From Marsupella aquatica (Eukaryota > Plantae > Marchantiophyta), in assembly GCA_973895155.1 (NCBI GenBank), contig OZ316899.1:10691135-10755134 (forward strand): a stretch of DNA of 64,000 bases. Reading direction: 5' to 3'. Made by a program: the position numbers and the translations under genes. Positions 39,549 to 51,631 of the stretch are shown here, one piece after another (position 1 is the first letter of the stretch; every line of letters begins with the position of its first letter). The notes below the pieces were generated by a model that was given only the letters and a program-made list of their open reading frames with translations, was not told the origin of the DNA and ran no database searches.

Positions 39549-41584
39549 ATGTCACTACCAGCACATCCAGTGTTGACCTTGGGGAGAACATTTGAGAGTT
39601 GGAAAGACCTTAAGAAATTAATAGTAGATGAGGGTGTGTTGTCAGAGCGACTCCTGATCACCCACAAGAAGGACGAGTATAAGTGGAAGCTAAGATGTAA
39701 GCAGAGTAGCTGCCCATGGAGGTTGAGAGCTACGAAGAAATGCAAAATAGAGACGATTACAATCACACACACATACTTGCGGCACACTTGTGAGCGGGCT
39801 GACCATTACAAAGAGAAGAATGCACAGCAGTTCTGATAGGCTGGCTGACAAAATTATGGATCTCATTGTCAAGAACCGTCAAACTAGACCTTCGACCACA
39901 AGAGATACCGCTCAGGCCTGGGTGCACCCTGACATAAAATATCACACAGCCTATGCTGCAAAACAGAGAGCATTGAAGCGCCTAGATGGAGATGAAACAG
40001 ATTCATTTCACCTCATACCAGCACACTGTCACCATATCCTTGAGAGAGATCCCATGGCACTTGCCAAGTACAGTGCACCGGATGGCCATCTACACATGTT
40101 ATTTGTGTGTCCTTCAGCATCCAGGGATGCATTTCGCCATTGTAGACCCATGATAGCATTAGATGGGACACACACGAGATGCATGTACCCTAGCATTCTT
40201 TTGATTGCCACAACATTGGATGCTAATAACACAGTCTTATTGCTTGCATATTCTTGGGTGCCTTCAGAGAACAAGGCAAATTGGCTGGTGTTCCTCAATT
40301 TGTTAAAAGAAGCGATTCCAGATTTATCTCTTCCAGGAGTTGTTTTTATCTCGGATAGGGAAAAAGGCCTCACAGATGGGGTTCCAGAAGTATTTCCTTG
40401 TGGACATCCTGCTTACTGTACATGGCATCTTGGGGAGAACGTTCAAAAGCATTATGGCAAGGAAATGAGAAAGTTGTTTGACGCTCTGCCATATGCTGTC
40501 ACTCCAGCCAAATATCAACAGCGATTGAAGCACATTGAGGAGAAGAACAAAGCAGCCACTGAATACATTCGAAGGACAGCCAACCCAAAGTACTATTCTC
40601 GAGCATATTTCCCATCTAGAAGGTGAGTGCAATGACTTAGGGTTTGTAATTGAATTGTTGTTTGCTTAGCAATGATGTTATTTCAATTGTACATGGGATT
40701 GAACATTCCTTCAGACTGCTGCTTCAACTTGACAGATGTGAAACTAATGTTCTTGTAGATGGGGACATGAAACCTCACAGCAAGCAGAGAGCACAAATAG
40801 GGCACTAAAACCTCAACGGTAGGAGGTGACATTGAATATGTCATGCCAGATCTGGGATTACATGATGGTAAAGTTTTTTGAGAAGCGAGAGCTTGCTGAC
40901 AGTATTACAACTCCATTCCCACCTCACATTATGGAAGCACTCAATCAAGTGGAAGAGAAAGCAAGTCGTTTGATTGCACATCCTTCCCATGAAGCAGAGG
41001 TAAGAATCACTGATGATTGTAATAGGCAGTACATAGTGCATCTTCAGCCACCTTGGTCTTGCACTTGTGGTGATTTTCAGGATAAACTGTTGCCCTGTAT
41101 ACATGCCTGGTGAGCAATGACTCGACTGTGCCAACGTCACTATGATTTTGTGAGTCCCTACTATAGCACAGAGACATATAAAAAAACATACAAGTCCCAT
41201 CTGCCAGCTTTGATTAGAGTTGGGCTCCTCCCAGATCCACATTGTGGCCCTCCGCTGAAGAAAAGACGTAAAGGACGTCCGATAGAGAGAATTCGGACTC
41301 GCTTTGATGAGGAGGAGGTTTGTCGATTGCCACAAAAGTGTGGGGTTTGTGGAGTTCGAGGCCATGATCGCAGGAATTGTCCAAACCACAATGAGTTGCA
41401 AATGTCGGAAATTGGGGAAGAAGAAAGTGAATTGGAGGACATGGAGGAAGCTCATTGTGCTGCCAAAGAGGATCCTTGTCATACTGTACAAGGTTGGGGA
41501 TCACAGGAGAGCATGAGCATTGGAAGCTTTTCTCAATTGCTAGCAACCATGGATAGTGCACCATCCAGTGGTTCCCATCATTAG
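39549..41584 (+). pseudogene. MURA-like transposase (MuDR, MULE DDE, SWIM, zinc knuckle), disrupted
   Basis: Motifs CPWRLRA, RPMIALDGTH, FISDREKGL, YCTWHL, TSQQAESTN, CTCG..PCIH and CGVC..GHDRRNC. Intron 40623-40758, a frameshift near 39800, and stops. Confidence 0.9.
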
Positions 41585-41828
41585 ACAGGCTTGTGTAGAG
41601 TAATTTAGTTGTCAATGTTATTAGTTTTTTTAGTCACCTGTTGAGAATACTTTTCAAACAGATGACAAGACAATTGAATTTACACTTCGAATCAGAGAAA
41701 TAGGATGTGTGTGCATTGAATGAGAAACATTTAGTATTCCAAAATGGGCCACTTTGGGCTACAATGAGAGACGTGCACCACAAGTGCAATGCTGGCACAA
41801 TTCACAGCCTGCCTATCTAATTCTGACA

Positions 41829-42401
41829 CTAAAAATTGGATCGCCTAATACGCATCAATCCATCCTGCAAATACGCCAATGCTTCTTGCCGAGTCTTGAA
41901 ACTCTTAAATTTACATCCACTAAAGCCATGGACATGGTGCTGACAAGCCTCCCATGTATCGTAGATGCCTGGCGTGTAGCCGCAGACAACTGCATAATAA
42001 CGTCGCTTCTGCCCAAGATGCCAACTGTGCATTATTTCAGTAGTAGGCACTTGCCTCGGCCTTTGCTCCATGATCTCGCTCACAGGCTCCATCATTGGCT
42101 CTCATGTTACAGCCTGTTCTTTCCTAGGCTGCATACTTGGCTTGCCTTCATCCTCCCTGGAATCGAGCATGGTATTCAAGTGGATTGGCGGAGCAGTGGG
42201 TACGGGAGTGGGTAAGTCTAGTGTAGGGGCTGCAGGAAGCTCCCCGGCTGATTGCAGCCAGAAATCTAATTTATCCCTCCCGAACTCCATGGCACGAGAG
42301 AGCAGACGAAAAATAGACCCCATCACTCCTATAAAGGCCCAAAGGCATACAACGAGTGCCCTCAGGATGGTGCTTATTGCTCTGGCCATTGCACACCCCA
42401 C
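41829..42401 (-). pseudogene. MULE accessory gene: hydrophobic N-terminus + RNase H1 N-terminal hybrid-binding (Cauli_VI-like) domain; one in-frame TGA
   Basis: YYAVVCGYTPGIYDTWEACQHHVHGFSGCKFKSFKTRQEALAYL. ORFs 42401 and 42095 are in the same frame. Confidence 0.8.
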
Positions 42402-44468
42402 ACTTGGCCTTCGAGGTCGATCTCACCTTGCAGCACCTTAAAATAATGGCTTTCCCGAAGTGGAAATGCTGCTTCGATTTGCGCTCCCAGTAGAAACTTC
42501 AAATGTGGCGTTCCTTGTGTTTCTGCGCCTCGACCCTCCCAGTGCTGTGCTAGAGAAAATTTGGCGGCTCCCCTTCCCTTACCTGCCCTTCCCGTCCGCC
42601 CTCCTCTTGAGATCGATCATATGCCTCAATGTGCGTGTTTCCCTGAAGAAAATGACTGGTAGAAGTCGTGCCCTCAGCGTAAGTTGACTGGTAGGAGTCG
42701 GGGCCCGATAGCTCGTTGGGGCACGAGAGGAGGAATGGGAAGTATTGGGTGCAAGTGCGCCTTGGTGGGAGCCAGGCCCCGACAGGTATCGGACGCCTTA
42801 GGCGCGCCGCGGCTGGGTGCAGGCTGCGTACGTGACTGATCTCGCGGGTTAGTGTGACCAAGGGTGGTCGACTGCGATTACGTGATAGCCAATAGGATCG
42901 CTTCCGTGGTCGAGAAGTCTGGTTAGAAGCATCGGTATACGGTTTGGGGGGCAGTATAGTAATAGTTTAGTTTGGGGGGCAAGATTGTAATAATGTTCAG
43001 TTTGGGGGGTACTTTAGTAAAAAGCTGATTACCTGTACCTCTTATGTACACAATTGTCATTACCTGAGGCGAGTATTGCAATTGTCATTACCTGAGGCAA
43101 GTGAGGATAACCTGGACCTCTTATGTGCACAATGTTTGATGTGTGCTTAGGTTAGGGCAAGATTTTTGAAATTGTACTTTCCTCTTCATTATGTGAAATT
43201 TGCATTTCTTTGGCATGTGCTGCACTTTAATCTTGTATTTTATCTCACTCAACATTATCAAGTAGTATCAACTAGCCATACAAATCACTAAAAGACAACA
43301 AATGAAGTGCGTTCCCGGATGAGCATGCTGTAATGGCGTTGCAAAAAAGTGACATGATGAAATATTGACACCATAGAGAGGCGCTATCACATTCCAGGTT
43401 AGTAGCACACTCAACGAAGAGAACATAGTCAAAGCAGAAAATATCTCGCATCAAGAAGCTAACTTGAGGAGAAAAACAATGAAGTGAAGTGTCACAATAG
43501 TGCGAAGCGTCCTGTTTGGGTGGACAGATAAGCTTAATCACAGTCATGGAAATAGAAAAGATTAGATTGCAGATAAGAATGAAAGGGTTTATGGGCAGAG
43601 GTAGCAGATTGAAAAAGTCATGCACAGCACCTCCCAGCAGCAAAAATGAGTTTTACATATTTTCTCAACGAGCACCTTACTGGGTTGTACTGTAATCTAT
43701 TAAATGTACTGCACTTCTTTTGGTACCTCGGTTTCTGTCTCAATCGTTACTTGAAAGGGCTGAGTCATAATCTAGATAGTATAATGACATTCAGCACCTC
43801 TATGAAATGTATTTTGGTCAAGAGACCAGAAGGATTATTTTTCTTGGCAATTGGGCAGAATTAAAACACTGCAAGATTCTAGTGGACCAGACATAGGCTT
43901 CAACCACAGTTACATGTGTAGAGACAAACTGCATATCCGCGTGCAAATAGTGACATGAGTTTGCCATGAGCTTCCACAGAACGTACACTGCAAACAAGGG
44001 TAAGGAAAACAAGGACGATGACGAGTGTAAAATTATAGATAGTAAAACCATAGTAAAGTGTGCTGATGAGAGAACGAATGCGACATAAAAAGTATCCCTA
44101 ACAAAGGCGACCACGGATCGGAAAGAAGAAAATGCAAAAGACCACCTACGTCAATCAAAAGTCCTATCTCAGATAACCAATAAGATTAACGTGAACCAAT
44201 CCAAGCTACTGTTAGATTGTCCATCGCATGACGCAGGGTCCAGTAAGGGCCTCGTCTACGTGACTACGTTCCACTTACAAAGATACGAGCTATAAACAAA
44301 GTCCCACCGACAAGTACCTTTGCGGGTACCCCTAATAAAGTCCGACCAGACAAATCTTCACAACGTCCAGATCCATGTGAACGAGGTCGATTCTCTGTAC
44401 TGCACCGCCTCTAGTCTGGATCACGATTTTGCTTACAGAGACGTAAGCTTTAAGCTATAGTCCTTCAA

Positions 44469-45386
44469 CTACCTCAAGGTGACATAACGGTTTGTGCCAT
44501 GCTTTGCCCAGTGATCCTTCAAATCAATGGGGCATTTCACATTGACGCCTTCCGTGGTAAGCTTCTCCAGAAGCTTTTCAAAGGCACCAGCGCTCATTTT
44601 GCGTCCAGCCAGCCTTGAACTTCGCTTCTTGGGATTCATTGGAAGGGGGTACATGGAGATCATAGTGGTGCAGCAAGCAGACTGCCATCCTCCATTACCC
44701 CACTTGTAACATGGCTGGTTCACACCAGTACATGAACAGTAGGGAATGGAATTAGAGAAACTTCCGTCAACTTCCTCCGCACCAGAAATGCCGTGCTCGT
44801 CCTTCTCGAAACAGTCCAGTTGATGAACAAAAGATTTCTGCTCCGGAGATCTTTTCCTGAGGGGAAGTAGCCCATGTTTGAGGTCTTTTCCAAACTTCCT
44901 CTTCACACGCACATCTCTTTGGATATCCTTCATGTTTCCAACCACACCAGACTTCTGAAAGAGCTCGGAGCAAAGACCATTACGGCTCAACTGACCTTTC
45001 CACTGGCAGGCAGGGATGGACTGCAAGTTCACATCGAAAGAGCAACTATCCGTGACTGAAGGACCTTGCAGAGCCTTTGTGCTCCCAGCATTCGGTGGGA
45101 CGTGTCTATTCCAGTCACCGAATGTTGGAAACCTTCCTGCACGCGCACCAGCGAGAGCAGCCACAGCAGCATCGCGCTCTACCAACGCCGAGTCACGTTC
45201 AGCCAATGCAAGGTCACAACGCAGAAGCGCAGCGTCACGCTCCACACTAGCCGCTTTCCTGTCTGCTAACGCATTATTTCTCTCAAGGATGGCGGCATCG
45301 CGTTCGGCAATGGCTTTCAAGAGTTTCAGTGCCGCATGGTCACAAATAAGCCTCCGCCGGACGGCAACTCGTCCGTCCTCATCCAT
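44469..45386 (-). CDS. BPC: BASIC PENTACYSTEINE / BBR GAGA-binding transcription factor, class II (BPC6-like)
   Basis: N-terminal ERD-A coiled coil (alanine zipper). C-terminal [25 protein letters not shown]...RKMSAGAF...[19 protein letters not shown]. Confidence 0.95.
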   Translation of the reverse strand: MDEDGRVAVRRRLICDHAALKLLKAIAERDAAILERNNALADRKAASVERDAALLRCDLALAERDSALVERDAAVAALAGARAGRFPTFGDWNRHVPPNAGSTKALQGPSVTDSCSFDVNLQSIPACQWKGQLSRNGLCSELFQKSGVVGNMKDIQRDVRVKRKFGKDLKHGLLPLRKRSPEQKSFVHQLDCFEKDEHGISGAEEVDGSFSNSIPYCSCTGVNQPCYKWGNGGWQSACCTTMISMYPLPMNPKKRSSRLAGRKMSAGAFEKLLEKLTTEGVNVKCPIDLKDHWAKHGTNRYVTLR

Positions 45387-46230
45387 GAGGTAAAACGGTT
45401 ACTTGGCGATTGACGACCTCCTGAGAATTCTCTTCAAAGCTCTAGATTGAAAGATGCTAGCTAGCACAGCAGATACATCTTTGTATCTACCAACACATCT
45501 CCCAAATATAACCCTCTCAACAGTTCTGCATACATCTCCACCAATAACTGTAAGGTCAGGTTATCACAACATAACGAATATAGCAGCCAAGTGCGATACA
45601 GGTAGAAAGCCTAAGCCCAGTTCGATGGGAAAGGAAGTATTATCACGATAAAAAAATGGCAAGATTTGATAGCAAAGACAAACATAACAGTTCCATCAAA
45701 GTTGATGACGTTCATACACTTGTGAAGTGCCTCAAAAGATGTCCTTCCGCGTTTATTACCATGACAAACCTTTCGCCATCGCAAGTTCCTCGTTCGGGAG
45801 AGCTCCGCACCAGCCTGAAGATGTCCTTACAATCTCCATGACACATGAGCCAAAGTTTCCGGACTTTGTTCCACGGTGAGAGATGCTCGTCATCGGGTCC
45901 GGAACACATACCCTAAGCATATCCTACAGTGCCACGTTTGATAACCACAATATTGGGTCCACTGACGTAGATGTGTGCTTTGCGCTCGTGCCTCGTGGTA
46001 GTCTCACCCCCGCCTCCAAGTTTTACCCAGTAAGTTGCTAAAGCTTACATCATGTATTGTTCAGGTAAATTTTGAACGGACGTTTTATTTATTTCATATT
46101 GTTTTCCATTGTAAGAAAAGTGGGACAGAACGCCAAAGAAAGTGAAATTAGTTCCCAGAGCTAGTGAAGCGTGGAGCAATACATAAATAATACAAGTATA
46201 TATTAGGTTGCCACTCTTTTGAGGCATAAT

Positions 46231-46703
46231 ACTTACATTGCCATTCTTTTTTTTCTTTCTATTTATCAGTGTCACTTTTTTTGTGGATTAAGAAACCTGA
46301 TCTAGGTTGACTCCTTCAAGTCCAATGGCTATCATCACACCCCATTTCCTAATAGAACGGCCCACAAATATAACACTTAATTTTAGGGTCAGCTGGCCTG
46401 AGTCTCCCTCAAAGTGATTTTGACCATCCTGAGGAGGATTGGGGCAAAGGCTCCGCACATGTACAGGCTGGCATTAGACAGAGGCCATGCATAGGATGGG
46501 GGGACACGACCACCCAAACCCACCCCTCGGTGAGCTGACCAAAGGCCGGGACCCAAGGGTGGTCAAGGTCACTTTGAGGGAGACCTGGGCCGTTGGATTA
46601 GGGCTTAGGGCACAAATATCACACTTAGTTTCCTAATCAAACGGCCCACAAAAAACAAAAGTGGCATAGTGATAGATAGAAAAAAATGGCAATCTAGTAA
46701 ATC
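46231..46703. mobile_element. Degenerate foldback MITE upstream of the BPC gene
   Basis: Outer imperfect IR at 46231-46286 / 46646-46703. Inner IR GTCTCCCTCAAAGTGA..TTGACCA at 46402-46426 / 46560-46584. TSD not clear. Confidence 0.6.
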
Positions 46704-48873
46704 CCAGTACATTAATATACCCTAAACCCACCCTCATCCAGTCATGGGCACTGTCTTAGTTTGGGAGTGCTAGTAAAGTGTGTGGCAATACAAAAATATA
46801 CCGTACCCCACCCTCATCCTGTTTTGGGCGGGGTCATTGAGGTGGCTATTTATTTTTAACTTAAGTTTTTATTCTATGAACCCTGTTGTGATGGCCTCTC
46901 CGGGATCACTGTATAAACAACATGGGTAAATACCCTTTTGTGTGTGCATATTAGCTTAGTTTCAACAAGTTCTAAAAGTAAATGACAATCAGGACTTAAG
47001 CTTAGGATAAGCAGGTTAGGAGTCCAGATTAATTACGGCTAGTAGAGGTAATACAATACAGTAAAACAAGAGAATTTCAACTACTTTGTGTACGCTGCCT
47101 CAGGATCTACAATAGGGGGTAAGAAGGTAAGACCAAAGAGCCACTGTTCATTCTACTATTTGCACAAGAATATTACTTACCAGGCAGAACTCTTGGGACT
47201 ATTGGCCTTTGGGTTTAGGGTTTAGGGAAGCTTATCTCTTTTTATAGATATTGACCAACCATGGCCAAGATCAATCAGGCTTGATTCTTTTGGCGGACTC
47301 TTCTCAATTCCGCCCAACACATCGTTGCTACCTACAACGAGACAGATCTGGGAAAAACAGCAAGACAGCAAGCTGACATGAATTGGCTGTGGGCAGCAAC
47401 ATTTACAACATTCATAAACGGGAGATACATCAACAATGCATTCAAGTGGGAGCCAAAAGTCCACAAATTGAATTTGTTGTTGTTTGAGGATGGAGTTCTA
47501 CAACCAATCTATCAGTTTTTCTATTGCTGTTCAATTGTGCATTGGAAGCTGCCAGGGACTACTTGGGAGTGGGAACCATAGAAGGTCTTGGGGAGGAGAG
47601 AATTCTCGGCAAACTTTGAAGCAACTTGCAGCTGAGGACGAGATGGCAAGGAAGGTGGCTGCAAAGGAAGCCTTACACAAATACTTATGACACTCCACAT
47701 GACTGCTTATCCTCACATGACTCCTTAAATGACACCCTACACGACTACTTCTATTACACCCTAAATGACACTTAGCATGACAGCCTAAATGACTGCATAA
47801 ATGACAACACGTGTTGCATGTTCATTTGCTACAAAGTTGTCATGAAAATAGTCATTTCAGACAAATGAGCACTAATAGTGACCACCTGGTGTGGTTGCAA
47901 TTGGCCACATGTCACTTTGTCAATGGTGAAAAGATATCCTGTAATTTACATGAGAAGAAATTGGCCCATTCTGAGACCTTGATATTTGACTCTTTTTGGC
48001 TTTTGTGATTGCATCGTGACTCAACTTCACGTGACCCTGGCTGTGACCTTGGAGTTGCAAAAGTTTTGACTGAAAATTGGTAGTCACTATTGCTACATTA
48101 CTTTTTGACTTAGATGATACCCATTTGTGACTGATGAATGACTCTTGGTTAGGGTCTGCCTATATCAAGACGTGACTACACTGTGACTCTCAATAGTCAC
48201 GGGAGAAGTCACTATCACAACTTTGACGATGCTAAATAGCATATGGTGACTATTTAGAGTGACTATTTAGAGTGACTATGTTGTGGCGCTATACTATCAC
48301 AATCTACGACACTTCTACAACTGCGATGAGTTGCAGATGAACTCTCTGGGTTTTGACCTAGTCATCGTGTTCATAACCAAGGTGTTCAGGGAAAAGTTCA
48401 CATATGTTAGAGCCATGACTACACAAACAGTGGGATCTAGCCAAACGTGACTTTGAATAGACTCACATTCAAAGTGTGAAATTCCAAGTGTGAGATTTGT
48501 TTTCATGAGACACATTTGGCACATACGCATTCAAATACATTATAGTGCACACTTCTTGGATGTATCACAATTGGAGAAGTACAACAGATAAACTGGTAAT
48601 AGTCACAATCTACTTTTGCCATAATGGAACTATCTAATATGAAGCTAGATTTTCTTGCTTTTGTAGTTGTGATATACACAAAGCATGAGCTAAAGAACTC
48701 AGAAAACACATAACTTTGTCACACTATTCTGGATCCTCTATATACTTGGTTGGCCATAGTACCAAAGAACCTACGGCATCTTCAAGTAACATCTGAGGAA
48801 GATCATCATTCATGTTGGGAATAGGAAGGATAGCTTTGGGTTTCACAAGTAATTCAGCTAACACTATTGAATA

Positions 48874-49192
48874 TGTCACACCAAAAGATTAGTCCTTACA
48901 CAAATTTTGGCTTTGGATGGCATAAACTTCATTAGTATTGAGGGTTCGGGCAAGGAGGGATGTGCTATATCTCTTTATTTGTACAAACTAGGGCTAACAG
49001 CGCCCAACTAGACATACACACTTATCACAGGTATCCTTTGTGTTCCACCGCCGGAATGTACCTAAAGTTGATAGCTCTGATCGACCCCAATTTAAGGAAT
49101 TTTAAGCCTTTGTGCTGTCCGCCTCCGCTCCGGATCCAATGATACGGCTTTAAACCTGGGCTCACAACCACTATCCACTGCCAGCATCCCAT
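48874..49192 (-). mobile_element. Family Z LTR terminal fragment (Z0)
   Basis: TGTCACACCAAAAGATT... is a diverged duplicate of the sequence starting at 49193. Confidence 0.7.
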
Positions 49193-49471
49193 TGTCACGC
49201 CAAAAGATTCATCCTTAATCGGATTTTGGCTTAGGCGGCCATAAACTCCGTTAATATTGAGGTTTCGGGCAAGGAGGGATGTGCGAACGGTACTGTATTC
49301 CCCTAACTTGACACTAAATGTGCCCAACCATATTCTTGCATCATAGGTATACTTTGTATTCCGCCGCCGGAATGTACCTTACGTCGATAGTTGGATCAAC
49401 CCCGGCTTAAGGACTTCTAAGCCTTTGTGTTGTTCGCCTCCGATCCGGATCCAATAATACGGGAATCTAAC

Positions 49472-49799
49472 CTCGGGGGGTCACTATATGGAGGGCCATA
49501 CATCGCGTGCGATGTTTTAGGGTTTGACCCCCTCTAACTTACAAGTGAAAAATAATTTTTTTCAAAGCCCTTTCTTTCTTTAAATATTGTCATTTTTTAT
49601 TGAAAAACCCCTAAAAACTTTAAAGAAAGTATTTTTTGCAATTAAACAGGCCTATGTGTTCTTTAAAGTCAACCAGTCAATAAAACATGCCCTATGTGTT
49701 CTTCCACCAAACTTTGGAAGTCTTCCGCCACACCCATTTAAATGGGCCTATACTTTGTCGCACGTGATGTGCCACTTCCATGGAAGTGACCCCCCCGAG
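49472..49799 (+). mobile_element. MITE (328 bp), CTCGGGGGGTCACT TIRs, 8-bp TSD
   Basis: TSD AATCTAAC / TATCTAAC. Other copies at 59832 and 61214. Confidence 0.85.
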
Positions 49800-51631
49800 T
49801 ATCTAACCCGGGCTCGCAACCGCTATCCACAGCCAACACCCCGTGCACAGCTTGTATAGCGCGTTTGGCCAAGCATTCTCTACCCGCACACAAGATTTAC
49901 AATTGCAATAGTATTCACAACATACAATCTTGATTTACACGAAGGAAATAGTGGGGAAAAGACTTTACTTCAGAATCCGTTATGCACATACACACGGTTG
50001 ACTTGACTTCTTCTGAATAACTAGGCCCAACGGTAGAGAGGCATACACTGCAATGGAGCCAGCTCCGCACTTGCCCAACGAGCTTAGTCGTACCCTCAAT
50101 CCTTGGGGTTCTCTTATTCATGAAGGCCGGGACTCCCCGCACATCTTGCGGATACCCATTTTGGAACCTAAAATCCCCCCTGCCTTTACCAGGGGTGCAC
50201 TAAATACTAACTAAGAGCGATGGCCAGGAACGGTCACGTGCTCGAATTCTAACCAATGCTAATTTTAGCTAACTGCCATGCCGCAAAATGGCTTGTATTT
50301 ACTCTAAGATGCTACGCTAAAGAAAGGTTGACAGCGCCGCTAACTAGTTTCGGCGCTTGTCGGAAGTGTCCAATTTCCGTGGCTAAACCTACGCTATTCT
50401 AAATCCATTGCGCCGCCTAATGCCTAGCACGTTTGCCAAACCCTCCCGAGTGGGACTTGGAGCGGCCATCCTGTTGCCTCCTCAGCCAATCGGCGTCTTG
50501 CTTGAGAATCTGGACTTGGTCTAGGAGAGACTCGTTCTCCCGCTTCATTGCGTCCATCTCCTTTGTTGCCTCCTAGCATGCCTCTTCCAACTATTGGGCG
50601 TCGCTCGTCAGTTGCGCCACGAGTTGGTCCTATTTAGTGGCTACTTGTTGAAACCGTGCCACCTCCGCTTTCAGGGCGTCCACTTTAGCTGTATCTCGTT
50701 GAGCCCAAGCATCAACCTCCTCTATGTCCTTCTGCCAGATGACGGCTTGCCCTTTCAAACTGTCAATCTGGGCCCGAAGCCATGAGATTTTAGCGTCCTT
50801 TCTGGCTCCGGCTTGCTCGACCAAGGTTAACTTGGCTTTGGTGTCGGCAAACTGGTGTCACGCCGTCAGCCTAGGCCTTAACCCGGGCTTCGGCTTAGAC
50901 AGGCACATCCTTTGTTAAAATGAGGGTTCGGGCAGGGAGGGAGGCACGGAATGCACTCTAAGCATTCATGTTGTCCGCCTTCAATCCGGATTTGATGGTA
51001 TGGGTACTCAACCCGGGCTTGCAACCACTCACCCGCAAGCTGCACCCCGTGCACGACTTGGGTAGTGCGTTCGGTCAAGCGTTGGCACCTATACACGAGA
51101 TTCACACATATACATACGCACAAGCATACAATCTCGATTTACACGAAGGAAATGATGGGAAAGGATTTTACTACATAGGAGACATATGCATACACTTAGT
51201 TGACCCAAAAGCTCTGGAATGAACAGGTCCGAGGCCGAGGGTGTACACTACAACGGAGCCCGTCTCTGCACTCGCCCAACGAGTTTAGTCCTACACCCTC
51301 CCCTTGGTACTCTTTCACTCCCAGAGGTCGGGACTCCCTGCACATACCGCGGATGTCCAACACTGAGACTAAAAATCGCCCCCCCTTGCCTCTACCGAGG
51401 GGTGCACTAAATACTTAGGGCCGAGGAACGGAGTGCCCTCGCGCCCAAAGATTCGCTAACTAAGGTCCTAACTAAGCTGGCTGTCAGGCCGGAAAACGGC
51501 TTGTCTTATTAGAAGATCCTAATCTATGTAGGTTGTACAGCATGCATGGCAGTGCTGCTTCAACTAGGGCAGGTGCTTGTCCCTATAGCCTAATTTAACT
51601 ACTCCTACTCTATTTTAATTGTACTCCACCG

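Larger units (their letters stand above)
38752..43027 (+). mobile_element. Mutator-like element (MULE) with ~250-bp TIRs
   Basis: TIRs at 38752-~39005 and ~42775-43027, with a 10-bp TSD ATTACCTGTA on both sides. Confidence 0.95.

Noticed and set aside
47680-48300. ATGAC/GTGACT-rich degenerate repeats
   Set aside because: Probably the subterminal region of an old TE, but its boundaries cannot be supported.
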